Of a stretch of DNA of 51,351 bases, positions 7,709-14,587 are shown piece by piece. The number at the start of each line of letters is the position of its first letter. Positions within the stretch are counted from its first letter, which is position 1. The translations under genes and the position numbers were made by a program. Origin of the DNA: an uncultured bacterium (GTDB taxonomy: Bacteria > Electryoneota > Electryoneia > Electryoneales > Electryoneaceae); the NCBI GenBank assembly GCA_964404605.1, contig CAYOKT010000002.1, positions 30,241 to 81,591 on the forward strand, written 5' to 3'. Below the pieces are notes generated by a model. The model was given only the letters and a program-made list of their open reading frames with translations, had not been told where the DNA came from and searched no databases.

Positions 7709-10700
7709 TCAACCGTTCGCCGGTTGAACGTCGAACCAGACGTATCTATCGTTGAGTTTGACTTTATCGTTTCCCGCCTCCAGCGGGACCAGGTCCAGCC
7801 CGGTGGCCAGCACTTCCCGCATGATCAGGTCGCGGTGAACCCCCACCGCCCGGCGGATTCGTTCATCGCAGCCCACTTGCAGCATGATGCGCCGGGTGAC
7901 CTCGAGATCCATCTCCTTCCTCCGGTTCTGGATCTTGTTGATCAGCTCGCGGGCGTAGCCCTCGTCCAGCAGTCCCTCATCCAGCCTGAGGTCGAGCGCG
8001 ACGAGGAGGTCGCCCTCCTGCTTCACGCTGAGGTCTTCCGACTGCTTCTGCTCGAGAATGATGTCTTCCGCGGTGAAGGTTTCCCCATCGAGGAGCACTT
8101 CCCCGGCGCGCTGGAGCTCACCGATCTCCCCCGCGCTCATCTCACCGACGCGCTGTGCCCAGCGCTTCATCTCCCCCCCGAAGCGCGGTCCGAGGGTCTT
8201 GAAATTCGGCTTCGCAACCCACGAAATCAACTCGTCGGCGCTGTCCGCATACTCCAGGCGCTTCACATTCAGTTCGTCGAGGAGCAGTCCGGCCAGCTCA
8301 TCGAGCCCTTCCCTCAGAGCGGGCTCGAGGACGACGATCAGGCGCCTCAGCGGTTGGCGCACCTTAATCTTCGCATCGTTCCTCGCCGCCCTCCCGAGGG
8401 TGACCAGGGTGCGGACCAGGTCCATCTTCCGCTTGAGGTCATCATCCTGCCACTCCGGCCGCGGCTCGGGCCAGGACTCAAGATGGACCGAATCCCTCGC
8501 CTCAGGCAAATGCCCGTACGCCAGATTCCGCCAGATCTCGTCGGAGATGAACGGCGCGAAGGGTGCGATCACCCGGCTCGTGCCGACGAGGACTTCGTAC
8601 AAGGTACGATAGGCGCGCTCCTTATCCGCCGGTTCGTCGCTCTTCCAGAACCGCCTGCGGCTGCGGCGGATGTACCAGTTGGTCAGGCGGTCGATGAAGT
8701 CCTGCACCGCGGCGGCCGCGGGCATCACATCGTAGGCTTCGAGGTTTCCGGTCACCGAGCGAAGGAAGTCGTTGTACGCCGTCAGAATCCAGCGATCGAG
8801 GGGTGTCGGCGGCCCCGGCTCCACGGACGAATCCGGCGTCCATCCATCCACGTTCGCATAGGTGACGAAAAAGCTGTACGCGTTCCACAGAGGGATGAAC
8901 ACCTGGCGCAGGCAGTCCCGGAGGGACTCTTCGCCGAAGCGCAGCGGCAACCAGGGGTTGTTCCGGTAGAAGGACCAGCGGACCGCGTCCGCGCCGTACT
9001 TGTCCATCATCGGGACCGGCGAGACGACGTTCCCCTTCGATTTCGACATCTTCTCGCCCGTCTCGTCCAGGACGAGGTCGGTGCAGATCACGGTCTTGTA
9101 GCTGGACCAGCGGCTCTTGTCCTTTTCCCCCCGGGCGATGGCGAGCAGGGTGCTCGTGGCGAGCAGGCTGTAAAACCAGCCGCGTGTCTGGTCGAGCCCC
9201 TCGCAGATGAAATCCGCCGGGTACTGGCGCTCGAGATACTCTACCGATCCCTCGGCCGCGGGGTATCCCACCTGCCCCCAGGGCATGATCCCGGCGTTGA
9301 ACCAGGAATCGAGGACGAAGTTCTCCCGCCGCAGCTCGGCGCCGTCTTCGCCGCGGAGAACGACTTCATCGATCCACGGCTTGTGCAGGTCTCCATCGGG
9401 CGGGATCGGCTTGCCACCGCTGCGGATGATATGCTCGTTCAGCTCCGCCAGCGACCCGACGCAGACCGCTTCGCCGTTCCCTTCCCGGCTCCAGACCGGC
9501 AGCGGGCTTCCCCAGTATCGCTCCCGGGTGATGTTCCAGTCGATCACGTTCTCCAGCCACTTGCCGAAGCGACCTTCGCGGACGCGCGGTGGAACCCAGT
9601 TGATCAGGCGGTTGGCTTCGAGCATCTCCTCGCGCATCGCCGTCGCCCGGATGAACCATCCCGGGCGGGGGAAGAACATCAGCGGAGTACCGGTCTTGTA
9701 GTGATGGGGGTAGGTGTGCTCGTGCTTTTCCCGGCCGATCAGGCGCCCGCGCGCGGCGAGATCCTTCACGATGTCCACTTCGAGGTCCGAATCCTTGAAC
9801 CAGCGGCCGCCGAACCCATCGAGCCGGTCATCGACCTTGCCGTGCTCGTTGACGAGGAGCGGAGCCGTCAGGCGGTGAGCCTTGATCAGCCGGAAGTCGT
9901 CCTCGCCGTAGGGCGCGATGTGGACGACACCCGTGCCCTCGTCCGCGGCGACGAACTCCTCGGCGAAGACCTCGTGCCCGCGCTGCCCGGCCCGCAGCTT
10001 CTGGAAATCCCAGAGAGGATCGTACTTGAGCCCCTGCAACTCGCGCCCGGGGAACTCCCCTTCGATTTCGTAGGCGCCGATGAAGCGTTCGACATCGTGC
10101 AGACGGCTGCGGGCGACGATCAGGCGTTCCCCCGCTCTCGCCCCCTTCACCTCTTCGGTGAGCCTGAGCTTCACATAGGGCAGATCCGGACCGACGGCGA
10201 CGGCGATATTGGAAAGCAGCGTCCAGGCGGTCGTCGTCCAGGCGAGAAGGTGGGTGTTCTCCTCGCCGATGAGGGGAAACTTCACATACAGGGCGAGGTC
10301 CGTGACCTCGAGGTAACCCTGGGCGACCTCGAAGTTCGAAAGGGTCGTTCCCTGCTTCGGGTCCCAGGCGCTGATGCGATAATCCTTGTACAGGAACCGG
10401 TCGCCGCCGAGCAGGTTGCCGGGATCGGCGAACTCCGGCCGGACACGGGTCTCCCAGGCCTGCTTCAGCACCCACCAGTCCGACTGGATATACTCCGTGG
10501 TGTAGGTCGCATAGAAGTGTTCGAGGTCGAGGAACCGCCCGATCCGCCAGATGGCTTCTTCCCAGGCCTCCTTGAAACGGAACACCGTCTCCCGGCAGTA
10601 GGAGATGTACTTCTCCACTCCGTATTCCTCGATCTCCCGCTTGCTCTCGAGACCGAGGTCGCGATCCGCCGTGAGCTCGATGGGCAGCCCGTGCGTGTCC

Positions 10701-10954
10701 CATCCCGCCTTGCGGAGCACCCGCTTGCCGCGCATCGTTTCGAAACGCGGCCACAGGTCCTTCAGGGCGGATTGCATCATGTGGCCGATGTGCGGGGGGG
10801 CGTTGGTTCCGGGGGGGCCATCATAGAAAACATAGTCCGGAGCGCCGGAACGCTCCTCGATGGAACGCTGGAAGACACGGTCGCGCTCCCAACGCGCCAG
10901 TGTTTCGCGGTCGATCGCGGGAAAATCCGGAGGATTGGGTACAGGGTTGAACAT
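7709..10954 (-). CDS. ileS: isoleucine--tRNA ligase (long, type-2-like)
   Basis: 1081-aa ORF with class I signatures PPHIGHMM (HIGH) and KMSKSKGN (KMSKS). Conserved ileS-...-lspA neighbourhood. Confidence 0.95.
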   Translation of the reverse strand: MFNPVPNPPDFPAIDRETLARWERDRVFQRSIEERSGAPDYVFYDGPPGTNAPPHIGHMMQSALKDLWPRFETMRGKRVLRKAGWDTHGLPIELTADRDLGLESKREIEEYGVEKYISYCRETVFRFKEAWEEAIWRIGRFLDLEHFYATYTTEYIQSDWWVLKQAWETRVRPEFADPGNLLGGDRFLYKDYRISAWDPKQGTTLSNFEVAQGYLEVTDLALYVKFPLIGEENTHLLAWTTTAWTLLSNIAVAVGPDLPYVKLRLTEEVKGARAGERLIVARSRLHDVERFIGAYEIEGEFPGRELQGLKYDPLWDFQKLRAGQRGHEVFAEEFVAADEGTGVVHIAPYGEDDFRLIKAHRLTAPLLVNEHGKVDDRLDGFGGRWFKDSDLEVDIVKDLAARGRLIGREKHEHTYPHHYKTGTPLMFFPRPGWFIRATAMREEMLEANRLINWVPPRVREGRFGKWLENVIDWNITRERYWGSPLPVWSREGNGEAVCVGSLAELNEHIIRSGGKPIPPDGDLHKPWIDEVVLRGEDGAELRRENFVLDSWFNAGIMPWGQVGYPAAEGSVEYLERQYPADFICEGLDQTRGWFYSLLATSTLLAIARGEKDKSRWSSYKTVICTDLVLDETGEKMSKSKGNVVSPVPMMDKYGADAVRWSFYRNNPWLPLRFGEESLRDCLRQVFIPLWNAYSFFVTYANVDGWTPDSSVEPGPPTPLDRWILTAYNDFLRSVTGNLEAYDVMPAAAAVQDFIDRLTNWYIRRSRRRFWKSDEPADKERAYRTLYEVLVGTSRVIAPFAPFISDEIWRNLAYGHLPEARDSVHLESWPEPRPEWQDDDLKRKMDLVRTLVTLGRAARNDAKIKVRQPLRRLIVVLEPALREGLDELAGLLLDELNVKRLEYADSADELISWVAKPNFKTLGPRFGGEMKRWAQRVGEMSAGEIGELQRAGEVLLDGETFTAEDIILEQKQSEDLSVKQEGDLLVALDLRLDEGLLDEGYARELINKIQNRRKEMDLEVTRRIMLQVGCDERIRRAVGVHRDLIMREVLATGLDLVPLEAGNDKVKLNDRYVWFDVQPANG

Positions 10955-11053
10955 GTCGTCGGTTATCTATGTTCGGGTCTCTTTCACCGGAGCGGACAGC
11001 GATGACCGGCCGTCCAACCGGGGAAACCGTCAGGCTGTTCCCCTGAGTGGGGA

Positions 11054-11551
11054 TCAGAATTCTTCTCTCGGATCGTGTTCGATGCTGCCCGGCTCCTCGG
11101 GCGACTCCTGTTCGAGGATCTCGATCAGTTCGATCTGTCCCCGCAGGATCTGCTTCATTTTCAACAGGTAGGCGCGGCGCTGCCCCTCGAGGCGATGGAT
11201 GTCGTCGAGGAGGCGCTGGTGCCTCTTCCGCGCGTCCTGCAACATCCGTTCTGCATCCAGCTCCGCCTGCTGAAGGATCAGCTCCGCGCGCTTGGTCGAT
11301 TCGCTCTCGGCGGCTTTCCCGGCCTTCTGGGCGTTCATCATGGCGTCCTGAAGGCTGGATTCCATCTCCTGGTACTCCTTCAGCTTCGCCTCGTGGAATT
11401 CCGCCTGCTTCGCGAGCTCTTCCCGTTCGGCCAGCAGCGCCTCATATTCATCGGCGACCATTTCGAGGAAGCTCCGCACCTCCTCGGCGTCGTAGCCGCG
11501 CATCTGCTTGCCGAACTCCTGCTTGCGGATGTCCAGGGGAGTGAGTTTCAT
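11054..11551 (-). CDS. divIVA: DivIVA-domain protein
   Basis: 165-aa ORF. The N-terminus MKLTPLDIRKQEFGKQMRGYDAEEVRSFLEMVADEYE is the canonical DivIVA lipid-binding and coiled-coil start. Confidence 0.85.
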   Translation of the reverse strand: MKLTPLDIRKQEFGKQMRGYDAEEVRSFLEMVADEYEALLAEREELAKQAEFHEAKLKEYQEMESSLQDAMMNAQKAGKAAESESTKRAELILQQAELDAERMLQDARKRHQRLLDDIHRLEGQRRAYLLKMKQILRGQIELIEILEQESPEEPGSIEHDPREEF

Positions 11552-11559
11552 GACACCCC

Positions 11560-12276
11560 CTACCTTTCTCTTGGGCCGAAGATGGCCGTCCCAATGCGTA
11601 CGAGCGTCGAGCCCTCTTCGATCGCCGGTTCAAAGTCGCCGCTCATCCCGAGCGACAGGGTCTCCATTGTCACACCGTCGAAACCGCGTTGCGCAAGCTC
11701 CTCCGCCCGCCGGCGGACATCCCGGAAAGCAGCGCGGATCACTTTCTCATCCGTCGTATTCGGCCCGATCGCCATCAAGCCTTCGATGCGCAGGTGCGGG
11801 CAGCGAGCGGCCGCTTCCGCCGCTTCCTCCAGCTTCTCCGGCGGAAACCCGTATTGCGTCGGGGCGCCGCTGCAATTGACCTGCAACAGTCCGCGAGCGG
11901 TGATTCCGAGGTCCGCCGCGACATGCTCCACGCGCCGGATCAGGTCGAGGCTGTCCAGGCTCTGCACGCAGTCGAAGGTTTGCAGCACCTTGCGCACCTT
12001 GTTCGACTGCAGGTGGCCGATGAAGTGCCACTGGAGGGGCGGCGCATCGGCCCCCCGGAGTTCCCGGACCCGCGCGAGTTTTTCCGCCGACCCCTGGAAC
12101 CGGTTCTCCCCGAACAGGGTTTGCCCCGCCTCGGCGGCTTCGACGACCCTCTCCGCGGGCACGAGCTTGCTGACCGCGAGCAGGCGGACCGCCGACGGAT
12201 CCCTCCCGGCCCGCCGGGCGGCGGCCTCCATGCGCTCGCGCACACGGCTCAACCGTTCCGCAATCTCGCCCGCCAT
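11560..12276 (-). CDS. yggS: YggS-family pyridoxal-phosphate homeostasis protein
   Basis: 238-aa ORF with LLAVSKLVP (PLP lysine), HFIGHLQSNKVRKV and LSLGMSGDFEPAIEEGSTLVRIGTAIFG blocks. Confidence 0.9.
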   Translation of the reverse strand: MAGEIAERLSRVRERMEAAARRAGRDPSAVRLLAVSKLVPAERVVEAAEAGQTLFGENRFQGSAEKLARVRELRGADAPPLQWHFIGHLQSNKVRKVLQTFDCVQSLDSLDLIRRVEHVAADLGITARGLLQVNCSGAPTQYGFPPEKLEEAAEAAARCPHLRIEGLMAIGPNTTDEKVIRAAFRDVRRRAEELAQRGFDGVTMETLSLGMSGDFEPAIEEGSTLVRIGTAIFGPRER

Positions 12277-12302
12277 GACCGCCCCGTTTCAAGTAGAACG
12301 CA

Positions 12303-12570
12303 CTATTGGACCGATTCACCTGAATCGATGTGTTCTGAACGCCCCGCATCGTCCAATGCAAAGCGCGCCGCCCGGAATAGCGGAGTTATTTCGAGATGGC
12401 GCAACGCAGCAGTCTGATGCGGGGCGCTCCCGAAGGGCTTGACGTTAACCTGCCGTCTTCCGCGTTCTGTCTGCTTGCTGCAGCTCCGGCTGCACCTGCG
12501 CAGACACGCCTTGAATACAGCCCTCTAACGACAAGCAGAACCACACGATTCAGCTGAACCGGACCAATAT
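12303..12570. repeat. 268-nt element bounded by ~36-nt imperfect inverted repeats (MITE-like or structured RNA), visibly lower GC than its surroundings
   Basis: The left arm is 12303-12338 (ctattggaccgattcacctgaatcgatgtgttctga). The reverse complement of the right arm, 12535-12570, is atattggtccggttcagctgaatcgtgtggttctgc, giving about 30 matches over 37 aligned columns. A nested perfect 11-bp stem pairs 12340-12350 with 12416-12426. A further 7-bp pairing joins 12472-12478 and 12531-12537. Confidence 0.4.
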
Positions 12571-12572
12571 AG

Positions 12573-12806
12573 ACCCCTGCCCAACACGAGGCAAGAAACA
12601 TGCGGCGTCCGCGCCCCTGCTCCCGTGCGCATGAAGATGGATTCCGGCCGCCCCCGGGTCGGCCGTGGCTCTCCGTTTCACCCTGCCTTAAGGCGGGCGC
12701 CCACACGTTCCAGTGGGATGACACCGGCAATGCTTCTGGAGTGTATATCGTTCGGATCAGCGGTTCGGGCCGGATGCGATCATGGCGGGTGACCCTGCTG
12801 AAATGA
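12573..12806 (+). pseudogene. orphan remnant of a T9SS / FlgD-Ig-like C-terminal sorting domain
   Basis: The only plus-strand reading frame with protein-like sequence. It ends ...KAGAHTFQWDDTGNASGVYIVRISGSGRMRSWRVTLLK*, which matches the tail pattern of C-terminal sorting domains (AG-H-x3-WD-x-D-x-G...SGVY-x-VR...LLK). No upstream body, signal peptide or convincing start is present. Confidence 0.35.
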
Positions 12807-12873
12807 GCGGCGGCGGGGGCCGGCCCTCCGCCTTTTCACGCCGGGCGACCGGACCAACCTCTCCCGTCCGGCG

Positions 12874-13644
12874 TCAACCCGACCCCGGCAGGTAGCGTTT
12901 CACCCACAATTCAATCACCCCGGCTACCAGGCGGGCATCCTTCCCGTCGCTCAGCAGGTGGTCGGCGCCGGGCAGGCTGATGAACGATTTCGGATGGGAC
13001 GCCGCCTGGAACAGCTCCTCGCCGCTGCCCGCCCTCACGAGCCGGTCGACGGGCGACTGGAACACCAGCAGCGGCTTTCCGAGTGTCCGCAGGACCGCTT
13101 TCAGACTCGTCTCATCCAGGTCCACGAAAAAGTTCTTCTTCAGCCGATAGGCTCGCCCGGCGACGTGCAACTCCCCTTCCCCTTCCAGCATCGCCCGCGC
13201 GCGGGCGCGCAACAACGCTTCGCCGATCCGCCCCGGGTTAATGGGGGTGGCGATGGACGCCACGAGGCGGATGGAGTCCAGCCGCTTCGCGGCGAGGAGG
13301 GCGGCCGCACCGCCCATGGAGTGGCCGATGAGGATCGAGGGGGGGTCGTATTCATCGGTGAGGAACTCCGCGGCGCTGACGATGTCGGAGACGTTCCCGG
13401 TCAGGGTGGTTTCGGCGAATTCGCCCCCGCTCTCGCCGAGGCCGGTGAAGTCGAAGCGGAGGGTCGCGATCCCCCTGCGGGCCAGCTCACGGCTGACGAA
13501 CACCGGAGCCTTGTACTCCTTGGTGCAGGTGAAACAGTGGGAGAAGATCGCCCAGGCGAAGGGCCGGTCATCCTCGGGCAGTGTGAGGATGCCGGACAAT
13601 GCCTGGCCGTCCAGGTTGGGAAACGTGACCTTCTTCAGCGTCAT
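12874..13644 (-). CDS. alpha/beta-fold hydrolase
   Basis: 256-aa protein from ATG 13644 (MTLKKVTFPN...). Nucleophile elbow GHSMGG, with a late Asp and a His (GADHLL) consistent with a Ser-Asp-His triad. Confidence 0.8.
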   Translation of the reverse strand: MTLKKVTFPNLDGQALSGILTLPEDDRPFAWAIFSHCFTCTKEYKAPVFVSRELARRGIATLRFDFTGLGESGGEFAETTLTGNVSDIVSAAEFLTDEYDPPSILIGHSMGGAAALLAAKRLDSIRLVASIATPINPGRIGEALLRARARAMLEGEGELHVAGRAYRLKKNFFVDLDETSLKAVLRTLGKPLLVFQSPVDRLVRAGSGEELFQAASHPKSFISLPGADHLLSDGKDARLVAGVIELWVKRYLPGSG

Positions 13645-13834
13645 GGCATGCGCTTCTATTAACCGGCATCGCAGGGGTCCGGCACCCATTCGGTGCCAGA
13701 GGCTGCGCCGCGGCGAATGTCAGGCTCCTACGGAAACCCTTATGAAACCCGGGACTGCCTGCCTGCGCCTGCGGCTACGGCCGGCGAGAAATCCCGGGCC
13801 ACCCCTACCGCTCCCTGCCACTCCCGCTTGCATT

Positions 13835-13862
13835 GTAGGGGCACGGCGCGCCGTGCCCCTAC
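13835..13862. repeat. REP-like perfect 28-nt palindrome
   Basis: gtaggggcacggcg|cgccgtgcccctac is a 14+14 perfect inverted repeat in the non-coding stretch between the hydrolase gene and tRNA-Sec. Confidence 0.7.
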
Positions 13863-13877
13863 TACACTCGAGATGCA

Positions 13878-13906
13878 GTCCCGGCTTCTCCCGAAGTGTC
13901 GGGACT
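13878..13906. repeat. imperfect hairpin (agtcccg ... cgggact) with the GGGAC/GTCCC core also seen at 51229-51248
   Basis: A 7-bp outer stem (agtcccg/cgggact) encloses a cttc..gaag inner pairing. Same intergenic region as the 28-nt palindrome. Confidence 0.5.
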
Positions 13907-13978
13907 TGTCACACCGAAGCGGCTCAAAGGCTGCTACGCCGTGAAATAACACTCCCCGTCTGCCGGTGGATAGAATAG

Positions 13979-14000
13979 TGCGCGCATAACTCCGCGCGCA
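13979..14000 (-). terminator. hairpin immediately 3' of tRNA-Sec (possible terminator or processing signal)
   Basis: On the minus strand, directly after CCA, the sequence is TGCGCGC-GGAGTTAT-GCGCGCA followed by CTATTCTATCC. That is a 7-bp GC stem with a moderately U-rich tail. Confidence 0.4.
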
Positions 14001-14095
14001 TGGCGGGAGTGTCTGGGAATCGAACCCAGCCGGGACGGTCAGGTCCCACAACGGCTTTGAAGGCCGCGGCGTCCACCAGGCACACATCCACTCCC
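14001..14095 (-). tRNA. selC: tRNA-Sec (anticodon UCA), CCA encoded
   Basis: The 95-nt minus-strand sequence is GGGAGTGGATGTGTGCCTGGTGGACGCCGCGGCCTTCAAAGCCGTTGTGGGACCTGACCGTCCCGGCTGGGTTCGATTCCCAGACACTCCCGCCA. It has anticodon loop CTTCAAA (U33, UCA, A37), a long variable arm (GGGAC...GTCCC), T-loop GGTTCGATTCC, discriminator G and an extended acceptor stem. The length and layout parallel E. coli selC as I recall it. Confidence 0.85.
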
Positions 14096-14107
14096 GGAAC
14101 GGAACCC

Positions 14108-14587
14108 TCAGGGTTCCGGCGAACCCTCCTCCTGCCCGAACAGGGTGTCGAGCAGCCCCTCCACGGCCTTGTCCAGCGCGTCATAGGGCCGTTCGGAGTC
14201 CTCGATCCGGCTGTATCCCAGCCCGACGATCGGGTGCGAGTCGCCGCCTGACGAAAAACGATTCCCCGCGGCCGATTCCTGGTTTTCACGCACCTCCTGC
14301 AGGCAGGTCTTGCAATAGACCGGGCGGCCATGGACCGGCTTGAAGGGGACGGTGGTCTGCGCTCCGCAACGGTCGCAGGTGACCTCGTAGAACTCTTTCC
14401 ACTCCCGGCTCCTGTTGGTACCGTTTCGTTTCCTCGCCTTGCGGCAGGCCGGACAATAGCGCGGGGTCACAAACCCCATCTCGGCGAAGAAACGCTGCTC
14501 ATGTTCGCTGAATAGGAATTCCCCCCCGCACGACTGGCAGGTGATCATCCGGTCACCGCCGCTCTGCAGCTCCTCTCCTTCAGCCAT
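14108..14587 (-). CDS. double zinc-ribbon protein (CxxC-x17-CxxC type), function unknown
   Basis: 159-aa protein from ATG 14587, which overlaps the mpl stop by 8 nt. It carries two ribbons: CQSCGGEFLFSEHEQRFFAEMGFVTPRYCPAC and CDRCGAQTTVPFKPVHGRPVYCKTC. The remainder of the 292-aa tracked ORF lies inside mpl and is not credible. Confidence 0.7.
   Translation of the reverse strand: MAEGEELQSGGDRMITCQSCGGEFLFSEHEQRFFAEMGFVTPRYCPACRKARKRNGTNRSREWKEFYEVTCDRCGAQTTVPFKPVHGRPVYCKTCLQEVRENQESAAGNRFSSGGDSHPIVGLGYSRIEDSERPYDALDKAVEGLLDTLFGQEEGSPEP

Noticed and set aside
7688-11005. 1105-aa plus-strand ORF spanning the whole ileS locus.
   Set aside because: It is antisense to an unambiguous ileS (HIGH and KMSKS present). 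Its translation is low-complexity and R/P/G/A/L-rich with no motif. Very long antisense ORFs are expected in high-GC DNA with GC-rich third codon positions.
10955-11053. Possible T-box, attenuator or riboswitch in the 100-nt leader upstream of ileS.
   Set aside because: Only short generic hairpins are visible (e.g. CCCC-ACTCA-GGGG). I could find no specifier-loop or T-box consensus and no terminator/antiterminator alternative. A covariance-model scan would be needed before any claim.
12386-12730. 114-aa minus-strand ORF, plus ORFs 11689-12417 and 11747-12361 crossing the yggS upstream gap.
   Set aside because: They have no motifs and an Arg/Gly-rich composition. They overlap yggS or the inverted-repeat element and lack an RBS-like sequence. 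They are most likely spurious.
12277-14000. selC-linked genomic island, since tRNA-Sec is a classic integration site.
   Set aside because: I found no integrase, no direct repeat of the tRNA 3' end, and only one ordinary hydrolase gene plus repeats downstream of the tRNA. The evidence is insufficient for an island call.
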